Source: Paraspadella gotoi (taxonomy: Eukaryota > Animalia > Chaetognatha). Taken from it: DNA of 64,000 bases. Every line of letters begins with the position of its first letter. Position 1 is the first letter of the stretch. The stretch is taken from NCBI GenBank assembly GCA_051294375.1, contig CM119266.1, forward strand, positions 10,786,674 through 10,850,673. The letters are read 5' to 3'. Both the position numbers and the translations under genes were made by a program. The notes under the pieces are model-generated. The model did no database searches. It had not been told where the DNA came from and was given only the letters and a program-made list of their open reading frames with translations. This document shows positions 42,027 to 55,430 of the stretch, piece by piece.

Positions 42027-42315
42027 GAGAGATAGAGAGAGAGAGGGACTGGAGATGCGGGTGGGTCCAGGGAAACATAACACATTAATCATTCATGACT
42101 CGCTGCATTGCTGCTGCCACGAGACGCAATGAAACGGCAAATGGAAAATGTAAACAAAATTTGTAAACAAACTTTATCTTCCCTATTTTCCCTCATCCGA
42201 TTTTGAGCAACAACGGGGAGGAAGAGAGAAAGAGAGGGAGATTAAGAAGAAATAGGGAGGGAGAAAGGGAGAGCGTATATAATCCTGTTGTTAATAATAG
42301 AGAGAGAGAGAGAGA

Positions 42316-42346
<31 letters not shown>

Positions 42347-43779
42347 CAAGTTGCAGCGCTGGAGAGAGCAAAGAGCGATGAAAGTTCCCGCGACAATCAG
42401 CGGCGGATTTTTGGTGCAAAACTGAAAATGAAAAAAAGTCTCGTTCCAGATGAGTCCGTTGAGTTCGGGAAGAGGGCGTGGGCGGGTTGGTAGNNNNNNN
42501 NNNNNNNNNNNNNNNNNNNNNNNNNNNNNNNNNNNNNNNNNNNNNNNNNNNNNNNNNNNNNNNNNNNNNNNNNNNNNNNNNNNNNNNNNNNNNNNNNNNN
42601 NNNNNNNNNNNNNNNNNNNNNNNNNNNNNNNNNNNNNNNNNNNNNNNNNNNNNNNNNNNNNNNNNNNNNNNNNNNNNNNNNNNNNNNNNNNNNNNNNNNN
42701 NNNNNNNNNNNNNNNNNNNNNNNNNNNNNNNNNNNNNNNNNNNNNNNNNNNNNNNNNNNNNNNNNNNNNNNNNNNNNNNNNNNNNNNNNNNNNNNNNAAC
42801 CTCTCGCCTCTCAGTCCCGCATTTCTTTATTCTTTTTATTTTTCTCCGCGTTTATGTTTTTCATTAACCTTCTCTCCCCGCACACCTTTTTTTTCATGTT
42901 TTCTTTGTGGGTCACNNNNNNNNNNNNNNNNNNNNNNNNNNNNNNNNNNNNNNNNNNNNNNNNNNNNNNNNNNNNNNNNNNNNNNNNNNNNNNNNNNNNN
43001 NNNNNNNNNNNNNNNNNNNNNNNNNNNNNNNNNNNNNNNNNNNNNNNNNNNNNNNNNNNNNNNNNNNNNNNNNNNNNNNNNNNNNNNNNNNNNNNNNNNN
43101 NNNNNNNNNNNNNNNNNNNNNNNNNNNNNNNNNNNNNNNNNNNNNNNNNNNNNNNNNNNNNNNNNNNNNNNNNNNNNNNNNNNNNNNNNNNNNNNNNNNA
43201 AGAAACCCTTTCGCATTAAAGTCGTGGCTGTCGCGTTGAAGGCGCGTTGGGGGACCGATCTCGATCCCATCAGGGGGCCGATCGGAGACGTCATAAAGCG
43301 CTCCGTCCTCCAGGGGCCCCCGGGCTAGGGGCCGTTTTCCACCCGGTTGTCAAAATGGAGGCGGCGATAAAGTTCTGTTCGAAACGGCGACTTAAATTTC
43401 TTGTTCTTTCGGTTTCCTTCTNNNNNNNNNNNNNNNNNNNNNNNNNNNNNNNNNNNNNNNNNNNNNNNNNNNNNNNNTATCTTCCTCAAACCTCTCAGTT
43501 CAAACTCTAAGCTCCACTATTCTCCTGCGCCATCTATGCCACGTTTTTCTGCTTCAATACGGTTTCCCAGCCAGACTGGAAAAACCACAACAACAAAAAC
43601 AACATCAACAACAAAAACAACAACAGAAACAAGTCAACCATGACAACAACGACAACGACGGCGATAGTAACAACACAGAAAGCACTTTGCAACGACGTTT
43701 AGCTGCACCCTACCCTTCAACACACCTCACTGACTCTCTCCACCTCTCTCTCCACATTTTTCTTTTTTTCTTTTTTCTT

Positions 43780-44772
43780 TTTTGAATCTTCATCTGGTCA
43801 AGGTCAACCGACGACTTTCTTTTTTTCTTTCTTTTTTTCTTTTTTTCTTTTTTGAAATCTCATTGGGTCAGGTCAAACGACGACTTTTTTTTTCTTTTGT
43901 CTTTTTTTCTTTTTTTTTTCTTTTTCTTTTTGAATTCATCTGGTTCAGTCAAACCGACGACTTTCTTTTTTTCCTTTTTTCTTTTTTTTTTTTTTCTTTT
44001 TTTTCTTTTTTTTTCTTTTTTTCTTTTTTCTTTTTTTTGAATCTCATCTGGTCAGGTCAACCGAACGACTTTCTTTTTTTCTTTTTTTCTTTTTTTCTTT
44101 TTTTCTTTTTCTTTTTTTCTTTTTTTCTTTTTGTCCTCATCTGGCAGGTCACCGACGACTTTCTTTTTTCTTTTTCTTTTTTTCTTTTTCTTTTTTCTTT
44201 TTCTTTTTTGAATCTCTCTGTCAGGTCAACCGACGATTTCTTTTTTCTTTTTCCTTTTTCTTTTCTTTTTTTTCTTTTTCTTTTTTTGAATCTCATTCTG
44301 GTCAGGTTCAACCGACGACTTTCTTTTTTTCTTTTTTCTTTTTTTCTTTTTTTCTTTTTTTCTTTTTTTCCTTTTGAATCTCTCTGGTCAGGTCAACCGA
44401 CGACTTCTTTTTTTCTTTTTTTCTTTTTTTCTTTTTTCTTTTTTTTCTTTTTTGTCTTTTTTGAATCTCATCTTGGTCAGGTCAACTCGACGACTTTCTT
44501 TTTTTCTTTTTTTTTTTTTCTTTTTTCTTTTTTTTTTTTTTCTTTTTGAATCTCATCTGGGTCAGGTCAATCCAACCACACGACCTTTCTTTTTTCTTTT
44601 TTCCTTTTTTTTCTTTTTTTCCTTTTTTTCTTTTTTTCTTTTTTGAATCTGCACTGGTCAGGTCAACCGACGATCTTTCTTTTTTTCTTTTTTTCTTTTT
44701 TTCTTTTTTTCTTTTTTTTCTTTTTTCTTTTTTTGAATCTCATCTGGGTCAGGTCAACGACCCGACTTTTCT
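43780..44772 (+). repeat. Minisatellite: 12 units of ~85 bp, core TTTGAATCTCATCTGGTCAGGTCAACCGACGACTTTC plus a (T4-7C)n linker
   Basis: Cores begin near 43782, 43852, 43930, 44038, 44132, 44209, 44287, 44375, 44462, 44547, 44644 and 44734. The linkers are almost entirely T and C. Confidence 0.95.
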
Positions 44773-45461
44773 TTTTTTTCTCGTCGGAAAGAATCCGAAG
44801 AGTTTATTTTTTTGGGGGGAAGGGAGGGGGGGAACTTTGAGACAATTGAGGGATTCCATCCGCTTTTCATTATTAGATTTAGATCCCATTTAATTTTGAT
44901 TTTTAATCTTTTTTTCTATTAGATTTGAACTCAAAACTTCATGTCAATATTATTCATTTTGATGTCATCTTGGTTTCTTATGCATTTCGTCCATCTTGAT
45001 CATGATTCTAGGGTCAATAATTTTTTTGGATCCCAATTTCACTAAGCGGTGGAACCTCTTTTAAATATCTAGTATATTATGGGGTGATATTGACCGTACG
45101 CATTGGGTGTTTCAAAGTAATAACAGTAATCGATGCTGTAAACTGCAAATGAATTTGTCGAAGTAGCAAACAGCTGCAGAGGCGCAGCCTGACGGCCCAC
45201 CAGCGACAGCCCGCAGCGACGAACCGCCAGCCAAGCGCACGACCGATTTAATTTTCTCTTCCGCTTTTTTGCATTTTACTTTTTTTTAATTTTCAGTTTC
45301 ACTTTTCTTCCATAATCGTTTCCAATTTTTCTTTTTTTTTCGGAAATTTTAAAAAAGTCACTGGGTTTTTCATGTCGTTTTTGAAATCGGAATCCGTCTC
45401 ACATCTCTGCGTTCTCTCTCTATTCTCTCTCTCTCTCTCTTCTTCTCTCTCTCTCTTCTCT

Positions 45462-45505
<44 letters not shown>

Positions 45506-45749
45506 GACCCCCTTAAACACCCCCGCCTTGGACGAACCGCAGGTGCTCGCGAGGGGACTTAACTTCTCATACGAAAATGGGGAGAAAATGTTTCGAGGAA
45601 AATCGTCATCTCGAGAAAGAAATCGAGGGGAGGGGCGAGGGCGGGGCGAGGGTGAGTGTGAGGGAGGTGAGTTGGGGTTAGGGTTGAAGCTGAAATGTCA
45701 GGAGCGATGGTTNNNNNNNNNNNNNNNNNNNNNNNNNNNNNNNNNNNNN

Positions 45750-45789
45750 AAAGAAAGTCGTCGGTTGACCTGACCAGATGAGATTCAAA
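45750..45789 (-). repeat. Single inverted copy of the minisatellite core
   Basis: aagaaagtcgtcggttgacctgaccagatgagattcaaa is the exact reverse complement of the consensus core and directly follows an N gap. Confidence 0.93.
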
Positions 45790-46308
45790 CTCAGCATTTC
45801 CGCTTCAGGAGAAAAGAGGGAGAAAGAAAAGGAAAAAAAAAGGAAGAAAAAAAGAAGGAAATGACGGGAAGAAACGGAGAATTCCAAATAGTCGCTCTCG
45901 ACCTCAAGCAGTGTTGTTTCTNNNNNNNNNNNNNNNNNNNNNNNNNGTTCTCTTCTCTCTCTCTCATTCCTCCCTCCTCTCATCCTCTCTCCGGCTCTCT
46001 CTCTCTCTCTTCCCTCCCTTTTCCTTTCTTCCTTATATCTTTCCAAACCGGTATTTCGTTCGAGTTTCTCGCGCCATTTCTCCGTCTCTCTCTGCTGTCT
46101 TTCTTCTTCCCCCACCACGCGCCGCCGCCGCAGCCGCCGCCGCCGCCGCAGTGCGCCGATCCGATTATCCGCCTCCGATGAAGCGAGGAACTGTCTTTTT
46201 ATTAACACGTCCATCTTCAATCGATTTTATTTCGCATTTCCATTCCGTTCAATTCATGACGTTTTTGCCGTCCGTCGATCACGGTAAAGAGAGAAGAATT
46301 GCATGTGT

Positions 46309-46346
<38 letters not shown>

Positions 46347-47235
46347 GAGAGAGAGAGAGAGAGCAGAGAGAGAGAGAATGGGAAGAAAAAACGGCATCCA
46401 TGTTGCCCATTCTTCTTATTGAGTTTTTCACTACTCCGACGATGCGGCCTCGTCACCCGAAGTTTTTATTTTTCTCATCTACTCCCCTCTCACGACATAA
46501 ACCTGATTTCTGTTGCTCTCATCTCTGCTCCTCTCTCTCGTTCTCTCTCTCTCTCTCCTACTCTTCCTCTGCCCTCTCTCTCTGCCTAAATTGCGACAAG
46601 AAGATTCCTCCGGTGCCGTGATCTGCCTCAGCCTTCCGCCGTCATCGCGTTTGTCATGAGACAAATTAAAGGAAATGAAAAAAAAGAAAGAAAAAAAAAA
46701 AGAAAAAAAAAAGAGTGAAGAACATTTAATCAGCGTCGAGAGACGAAAGACCTTTTGGCGCGATTCACCTTCCTTTCCTCTTTCTTTTCTTTTCTCCTTT
46801 TTTTTTCTCGTTCCTCTCTTTTTTCCTTCCTTTCTTTTTCTCATTCCTTAATGTTTTTTTTTCTATTATTTTTCTCTTTTTTACTTTATCTTTGTTTCTC
46901 CCTTACTTTTTTTTTATTCTTTTTTTTCTCTTTCCTTTGTTCCCTTCTCCTCCTATTTTTTTTCTCTCTCTCACACGATTACTTTCTCACTTTTTACAGA
47001 CCCTCACATCTTTTTTCCTTCTCCATCCTCAACCGCAATTCGCCATCAACAACTTCGGATGTCCACCTGTCAACGAACTTTCTAACGACATCAACGACGA
47101 TGGCGACGGCAGAAATCATTGTCGCTCGCCTTTTGGCTTCCGACGATGAAAAGGCGTTAATGAAGGGCGCCGATCGAAATGACGCCGATGAATCAACGCC
47201 CGACAAAAGGACGCCAACGAGATCGGCGTCGAGCG

Positions 47236-48539
47236 ACGTCGCAGCCAATCGACGCCAATTAACCGTCGAACCGACCAATCAGATTACGAATTTAATCGCA
47301 AGTTAAACTTGCTACACCAATTAAACGACGTCATTCGTTTAGGCGCCAAGCTTCGCGTCGCCAATCAAGCAACGTCAATCAAACGACGCCAAGCAAACGC
47401 AAGCACGACTAACGATAAATTAGTAGACGTCGTGGGCGAACGGGGAATGCGAGATAATTTATTTTTAAGTAATCTCCGACTCTCTCTCTCTCTCTCTCTC
47501 TGCCGCTCTAGTTCTTCCCTCCTGGTGTCCGACATCTAAGCATCTGCCCGCTCTCCATCCTGTCGAGTCGACGTGCTTTCTCACTCTCTCGTGAAGGATC
47601 ATAGAGGTGTTTTAGCTCGGGGGGTATAAACATCGTAGGATCCATTACCCTAATCTACTCAACTCAGCAAAAAGCTCTCTTTCTTTCTTCTTCTGCAAAA
47701 ATTAAGAGGCCTGGCCCCCGCCACACACCAGCGACGCCAGCAACTCGTCCCTCCGACCGCATCCCGCCCAAGCTAGTTCTGTCCGTCTCTCAGCGCTCCT
47801 CCACGCCAGTGCATCGGTCGGCTTCTTCGTTCCGAGGCGCTTCCTCCACCTTAGTCTCTCCCCGGTCGGAAGTCTTTTTCGGTTTTTTTCTTTTTTTTGT
47901 TTTTCCGCCTCTTGCAGACGGGCGCCTGGTGGTCTTATGAAGAATATGTACGAGCAATCCCTCTATGGATTTCCTTCAGCAGAGAGAGAATATTGAGAGA
48001 AGACGAGAGAGAGAGGATGCAGTGGCGGAGAGAGGAAGCAGAGATCAGGAGCGTACATGAAGATGTCGGTTGAAGCGAGCAGGGAGAGAGCAGGGAGAGA
48101 CGGGCGGCGGGGAGAAGAGGGAGGTTCCACGTCGTCCTCTGCGGTGGAAGATTCTTTTAAATTCTCATATGAAAGGTTTATCCCTCGATTCCTCGTTCGC
48201 TCATCTGGCCCCGACGTTCTAAAGCTAATTATTTTCGGTTAGTCCGTGCTTGCCGTTTTGCGATTTGGCGTCGTTGTATTTGACGTGTTGCTCGCACTAT
48301 GATTGGGCGGGGGCGACGGAGTTTGAGGAAGCTTGGGCGCTTTCGCTAAACGAATGACGTCGATTTAATAATCTTATGTTTGTTTGCTTATTGTTTATTG
48401 GCTGGGGTTGTAGCAGTTTAACAAATCACGTTGCGATTCAAAATTTTCGTATCCGTAATCCCCCTCCCTTTCTGGATTTGGTTCGCTTGCGTTCGAAACC
48501 GCGGGGTTAATTGGCTGTACAATTTGATTGGCGTGGACG
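47236..48539. repeat. Fold-back: 48235-48539 is an insertion-rich reverse complement of 47236-47420
   Basis: Anchors such as gaagcttgg.cgc, ctaaacgaatgacgtcg, ttgcgatt.aaa and ggttaattggc occur in inverted order. The copy ends at a 25-N gap. Confidence 0.85.
47243..47366 (+). promoter_or_regulatory. Cluster of five same-strand CCAAT boxes in a CpG-rich island
   Basis: CCAAT occurs at 47245, 47255, 47275, 47317 and 47361. CRE-like GACGTC cores occur at about 47235 and 47327. Confidence 0.4.
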
Positions 48540-48564
48540 NNNNNNNNNNNNNNNNNNNNNNNNN

Positions 48565-48895
48565 GAGGAGCTTAAGGAGAAGCGGGAGGAGGAAGCTAAA
48601 ATAGATTGGGAGTGGAGTAAAAAGGAGAAGGGTGGAGGAGTAAAAGGAGAAGGGGCGGAAGAGCTAACAAGGGAGAAAGAGTAGGAGTTCAAAAGGAGAT
48701 TGGTGCGGAGGAGCTAAAAAGGAGAAGGGGTGTAGGAGCTAAATGGAGAAGGGGCGTAGGGCTAAAAAGGAGATTGGGAGTAGAGTCAAAGGAGATGGGG
48801 CGGTGAGTTAAAATTGAGGACGGGGTGGAGGAAATGAAATGGAGTTGGGCGGAAGAGTTAAAAGATGGGGCTGGAGAATTAAAAGATTTTGGGCA
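48565..48895 (+). repeat. Degenerate ~24-bp minisatellite (GGAGCTAAAAAGGAGAAGGGGYGKA), about 14 copies
   Basis: The unit ggagctaaaaaggagaagggg recurs at 22-26 bp spacing and decays towards the right. Confidence 0.85.
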
Positions 48896-49746
48896 GTTAG
48901 TGTTAGAAACGTTATGGAGTAAAAAATAAAAGGGGCAAAGGAGTTTGAAAATTATAAAATGGTTTTCTCGGAAGATTGATTTTTAGAGGAGGGTTACAGG
49001 GTAGAGTCGTCAAAATAATAGGCAAAGATTAAAAGTGGAATCGGGGAATGTTTAAGATATTGCATGCATACATATCGTAGCACCCTTCTCTTCAAGGATT
49101 TAACGCCAGCTGGTTGCAAATTGTATAAATTAGCTTTCATCTTTTGCTTCATTCGGTAATTATTGTCAAATTTATTGAATAAATATTCTGGATATTATTC
49201 CTATTTCTGTCATCATAATAAAAAGTAATAATGCTGGGTCTCGCATGAGCTGCCTCCCAGCAATATCTTTTGATCGCTTGAAATTTTCCTTCTCTGCGGC
49301 AAATATTCTTTCAACAGAAATGTATTAACTTAAGTTGACGACGTTTCTCATCATCGGAAATGTTTTCTTGCTCACATTAAAAATCATTTTCTATTTTTTG
49401 GCAAGAAAGTATAATTATTTACTAAATACTCAGTAATATATTTTTCGTCGCGCTGTTTGTCTGTGAATAATTTCTTTATCTTTAAAAAAATTAAACTACT
49501 ATAATAATGAAATTAATATTAAAATAATTTTGTTCATTTTTTTTTGTTGAAAAGTTTTATGAGCTGATAATAAATTGGATATGTTACACATAGTTTACAA
49601 TTTTTTATAGTTCTCAACCTTAGAGCGCGGCGAAAAACGTTTCTTTGCTACTTAACAAAAAATAATACCTTTTCCCCTGCTCCCCCCTTTCCACCCCGCT
49701 CATCGATTTGGAAACGTTTTTATCGCCGCAGAGAAGATGCGGATTA

Positions 49747-49837
<91 letters not shown>

Positions 49838-50398
49838 CTTTCTTTCTCTCTCTCTCTCTCTTCTCTCTTCTCTTCTTTCTCTCTCTCTCCTCTCTCTCTC
49901 TCTTCTCTCTCTCTTTTCTTATTAGTAAAACGATTCTTTCTAAACGATTTAATAGGTGGATGCCTCTCTCGTTGCGGGATCCGTTATCAACAATTCCCCC
50001 GGACGATCCGGCTCCGGGAGAAATTCAACCATGTATCGCTTAATTCCGTTGAACCATATAATTGAGAAAGATCCTTTTCTCTCTCTCTCTCGTTCCTTTT
50101 ACTCGTGGCTCCCTCTCTCTCTTCTTATCGTTGTTCTCTTTTCTAAACCGCAGCCATTTTCTTTTCTCCCTTCTTCCGTCTACGTCTTTTTTTTCTTTCC
50201 TTTTTTCCTCCTTTTTTTTCTTTTTTCTTCTTTCGAGTGGAGAAAAAAAAAAGAAACTAATTTTCGATTCGAACGCTTAAATTTCCTTTCCGGTGAAAGA
50301 GCTTGATGCATTGTTTTGGATTTGGCCAATTTATTCCGCTTGAGTTGATCGGAGAAAGAGGGAGAGGAGAGAGGAGAGAGAGAGGAGAGAGAGGAGGA

Positions 50399-50431
<33 letters not shown>

Positions 50432-53400
50432 GAGAGACGAGAGGATGAGATACATTTGTCTTTTTTTCCTTCTTAGTTTACATCGGTTCTCCCCACGCAA
50501 CGCGAAAAGTCCGTCCGTCCTTGATCAGTTAAATTTTCACGAAAAGTGAGTAGATTAATGATAAACATACATTAAACTGGGCCACAAATTTCTTATTTTC
50601 TTTATAATAAATTTATTACGTAATTTTTTATTTTGACGCATATTAAATTTAAGCTGTTGCCTATTTCCTTTTTAGGTTGTTTTGTGGCGTCTGGATTTGA
50701 AATCTCACAAGAAAAGATACAGATTTTCATATCGACAATTTAGTAACAATTTCTGGCTTATCAATCACAACGCAAAATTTTTCTTTGGCAAAAAAACACA
50801 AAAAACTAAGTAAACGAAAGACGCAATATGAGCAACATTAGGGCGACGGCAAAAAAAGAGAAAATAGCGGATATTAAAAACAGGACCAAGTCCAAGGAAG
50901 AGAATTTAGATCCAGTTCCCTCTCTGGAAAAGAATGAAGAAAGTTAAGCAACCGAGTCAAGTTGAAAAAAAAGGGAAATTTTCTCGAATATTATTGTTTG
51001 ACGAAAGTTTTCATCATTTGCTCTCGGCTCGGGTCTTTCGTTATTTTTTGAAGCGACGTAAAATAAACTATTATTTTTTTTTTTTTTTTTTTGAGGAACG
51101 ATTTCCGTGATTAAATTGTTGTAAGTATGCTTTAAATTGAATTGTCCGCTACGTTGAAAAACAAAAAAACAAAACGTTTAAACAAATTAAACTTATAAAA
51201 CGGCTCCATTCACATTTTCGCACGAAAACCCTCGTGAATTTATTGTGATTGCATCCTGTGTGGGCAATTTGTTTCGAAGCACCTTCTATTCTTTAAACTT
51301 TGTTATGCCTCGATGTTCTCTTCTCTCTATCCTTACCCCAACCCTCTCCTCTTTGCCCAACCCGATTTTTCTTGCTTCCACTTCTCGACCCCTTACCCCC
51401 CCCCTTCCCTCCCAAAACCCACCCCTTCCCACCCAACCACCCCAGCCCCATTCGCTCCAGCTCTCATCTTTTTCGATGGTTTTGAACTAAAAACTGAACG
51501 TGGTTTTCCGCTTGAGCCTCAAAATAACAACAACAACAACAACAACAACAGAATCATTCAAAAAATATCCGATTGGGAAACGCGGACGAATTATCTGTCA
51601 GTCCCGAAAATGTTGGTCTTTTCCAAATCGATCCCTGACCCGGACCCTCCCCTACACAACGCGACCTTACCTTAACTGACCTTGCTTGACCTAACTTCCC
51701 CTTTTTAACAAAAAAAAAGGGTTTGTGATTGTGAAGAAATCCTGTTCATGTTCAATGCCGACAAGTAAAAAACTAATAACACCCAGATTTAAAACGTTGA
51801 AAAACGGACCATTCACGTATAAAGAGGCGTCTTTAACGAAGAAACCGGCCTAGCGTACCACCGAGATTTAAATCGAAAAAGAAGGAAAAAGAAAACGATT
51901 TAACCTAATTTTGGATCGATGAATCACTCGTTTTACTCGAGAACCGAAAACAAGTTTAATCCCACTTACTGCACATTACTTTTTTTTTCTCTCTCTCTCT
52001 CTTTAAAATTTCATTTAAAAAAAAAACGGGAAAAAAATACTCCCAAAAAATCCGTTTTGTTTGAAGAGAAAGGATTTTTCGCGGCAACGGTTTTTTTTTT
52101 AAATATTTAAAAACGACGTTTGTCCGCGAAAGAATTCTTCTTTTCTCCGAGCACGTTAGTGCTTGCAAACAATAATAAAATAACAACCAACAAGTACTAT
52201 TTAATAAGGAAAAGTAGATTTTAGGCAACTTTGTTTCTCCAATACGCCGAATCGTTGCCTTTTTATTCCCTCACGCCGAACTGTAAACAGCTCGGGAATT
52301 TATTTCTTCTTTTTTTTTTATGTTTTTCTTTTTTCTCTTTTTATAAATTCTTCCCAGTTTTCTTGGAATATAAAATTCGGTTCATGAGCCTTCGTTTAAG
52401 CGGATGGAGGCGCGTCAGCGGGAAGAAACACCGGGTCGGGCAATATTGAAAAGCAAACTTTGGATTTTCGTTGGAAAACGGAATTTTAAATAAGTGTATT
52501 TTTGGTGGCTTGATATTGTGCGACCGGGAAAAAAAAAACTAATCTGAGTAGTTAAATATAAATACGGTTTTTGATATTGTTAATGAATTGTTTACGTAAG
52601 TTTATATCTTGAGTGGTCAGGATGTTTTAATGTTTTTTGTGTTTTATTTTTTAGTTTTTTTTTTTTTTTTTTTTTTGGTGAGAGAGCGAACGGGCTGTTG
52701 AAAGATCTCCAGCGCCCGCGTGAACCATTTCCGACATAAGGGAGAACCAAACCCGAGTTTCCAACATGTGGCTTGGTCTGTAGTAACTTTCTGCGCGATT
52801 ATTAAAATTTAAAAAAAAAAAAGAAAATTGTCTGGGGGGAAATGGCTTCATTCGAGCTGAAAAAAAAATATCTGGAAAGTACAACGTAAGTCATGACTCA
52901 ACTTTTCCTCCCGTCATAAATTTTAGTCAATTACAAAAAATTATTTTTAGTCATTACAATTTTTTTAGGAGCGCCCGTGACGATGGGATTATAGCAAAGG
53001 GATGATTGTTGAATTAATCATATCCCCGAAAAGGTGATAAATACACAGTATTTCGCCATTTTATTTTGATTAAAAAGAATTTCAGTTTAGCATAATCACT
53101 TTCCATTGAGTATTTTGATAAGGCGTTTCAATCCGAATGAAAAGTGATTATAGCAAGTTTTCTTTGTGTCAACTTACTTTTTTTTAACAGTAGTGATAAT
53201 TCGTTTAATTTTTTTTAAGACTGCTTGAATATACCTTTTCACTCAGGCATGACTTTATTTACTTGTTTTATCTTCGCATCTATTTTATCGGCCTTTGTTA
53301 CATTCCTTGAATAATTTTGGCCGAAGTTTAAAGAATAAACTATACCTTAACATTAACTTTGAATTCGAATTCAATTTGTGTGTGTAGTCGAGTTAGTCAT

Positions 53401-54689
53401 GAAAACTCAATCTTTTTTTGATATTCTGCAAAACTCTGAACTCTTGACCATATAGGAAACAAAGTTAGTATAATTTTTTTAGTGGTAAATAGGAATTTAT
53501 ATGAAGTATTAAACGTTACACGAAAAACGCTAAAGATCGGTCATAAAATAATATAGAAAAGTTTAGACAAATCTTAATCAAAACACTCCAACATGCTTTA
53601 AAGAGTTTTTTGGTGTCATAATGACAATTAACGGTGGGTATTTAAATTTTTCTAAAACTTAAAATGATTAACATCGACTCATTTTGTAAATTATTACGAG
53701 GAATCCCTCACAAAAATTTAATTTCCATGGTCTTTTGTTTTTGTTATTACGGCTGGCTTTTAGACGGCCTTGAAGCTATTCGATGAGCTCGCATCCCTTT
53801 TGTTTCCCTTTTTCCCGCCAATTCTGTCTTTGATTAATGTTAAAGCTTTATTGGCTAATATTCTCAATCTCTGAATACACTTTCGCGAACTACTTGGGAT
53901 TCTAATTCGTTTTAGATTTTAAACCGCTTTAATCTTAAGATTATTTGTTGTTCTTTTTTCTAATAGTGAAGCTCTATACTCATTTCAGTATCATCTCATC
54001 TAATTCGAATCTTCGTGAGCTTTTCTGCTTCTTTCACCAATTTGGTCCTCTGACGTCATTCTCGTCAATTTACTACCAAAATACCTGACGTCTCTCATTC
54101 TCCTGTCTACATACTGAGAGCCTCGATTCTGTGCCTCTCTCTCTCTGCTCTGCAAATGAATCATTGACTCAGAGAGAATTTTTCGCGCCCTTTTCAGTGT
54201 TACATTTTTTCCTTACAACATTAAGAAGGTCGACAGCGCAATTTCCGCTCGCTTAAATTCAGATTAACTTGTAAGGTCTCTATACATGGCAGAAAGTATG
54301 CGAGAGGTATAGAGTGGCGTGTGAGAGAGATTGCCGAAGAGGAGGGAGGGACGAGAGTTACGCCTCTCTTATCGCGAGCAGCTGTCGCGAAAACCGTGTC
54401 GTGAGTGCGTCTGAATAAACCATGTCATGGTAAGTTAGCGCAGATAGAGAGGCGAAGATTGAAGAGAATGTGAGAGAAGAAGCGCGGAAACGAGAGAGTA
54501 GCGCAGCTGATGATCGAGAAGAGAAGTGAGAGGCGCGCACGAAGAGAACAATTCTAAGAGGGGTGTGACGTATGAGAAGCAGCACAATACCCATTCTCTC
54601 GTTTTTGTCAAGAAGTTGCATGATTGAATTAGTGAAAATAGCTCTTCTAGATACGAAGTGTGTCGGTCAAGATTAGAAACCAACGCGTC

Positions 54690-55335
54690 GGAGTAAAGGA
54701 GTGCTCAATTAATACAAGGCCAAAATGGGATTTGATGCTGTGTTACCCTCCATGTCCCCCTTGCTCTCTCTCTCTCTCGCTCCTGCCTCATCTACCTCCC
54801 TCTCTCCTACTTCTCTCTCTCTCCTCTCTCTCTCCTCTCTCTCTCTACATCTGCCTCCTCCTGTATCATCCACACCAGACCATCTCCTCTCTCTTTTTTA
54901 TCTGGAAACATTCGTTCCGTCGCACTGCTCGTCTCCTCCAACAAGCGTCCGCAAAGATGAGCTTGGACGATTGAACGAATGCATTAATTGCCGACATTCA
55001 CCTAGCCTCTGTTTGTTTGAAGCTGCGAACGTGTTATACAGAGAAAGACTCTGTGGTGCTCGGCGGCCTCTAGCATAGATATGACTCGCTGAGGCGGATA
55101 ATCGGTTTTCCGAGGTCCCGCGCACAGAATGCTCTGCTCGGCCGTGCCTGCGGCGGCGGCTCGGGCGGCTTTGCGGGCTGGCGGGGTGCGGAGTAAGAAG
55201 AGAGGAGAGGGGGGAGGGAGAGACGATGGGGGGGAAAGACGAGAGAGAGACGGAGGAGATAGGCATGGAGCGAGAAACTCGAACGAAATCACGGTTTGGA
55301 AAAATAGAAGGAAAAGAAAGGAAAAGGGGGGAGAG

Positions 55336-55411
<76 letters not shown>

Positions 55412-55430
55412 GAGAAAATCCTTAGTTGAA
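54690..55430 (-). repeat. Very noisy inverted copy of about 45947-46450
   Basis: 55091 gaggcggataatcgg is the reverse complement of 46161-46175. 55270 gcgagaaactcgaacgaaat..cggtttggaaa is the reverse complement of 46040-46072. Confidence 0.8.

Noticed and set aside
43200-43421. GC-rich island between gaps as a coding exon
   Set aside because: None of the frames I translated resembles PCBP or another family I recognise, and both ends are in gaps.
43780-44772. CRISPR array
   Set aside because: The would-be spacers are low-complexity T/C runs rather than unique sequences. No cas genes are present and the context is eukaryotic.
46755-47306. 183-aa ORF
   Set aside because: The first half is a T/C-rich low-complexity tract. 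The second half overlaps the CCAAT-rich island and has no domain or splice support.
47236-48539. Foldback transposon or hairpin RNA gene
   Set aside because: One arm is a heavily insertion-laden version of the other and ends at a 25-N gap, as expected of a raw-read fold-back. I could not see an adapter sequence or a target-site duplication.
49230-49325. Minus-strand SVERIFAA resembling the hAT transposase dimerisation motif
   Set aside because: It is a single short motif with no surrounding transposase frame or terminal inverted repeats that I can identify.
50828-50947. 39-aa small ORF (MSNIRATAKKEK...)
   Set aside because: An ORF this short is expected by chance in A-rich sequence, and I see no homology or splice evidence.
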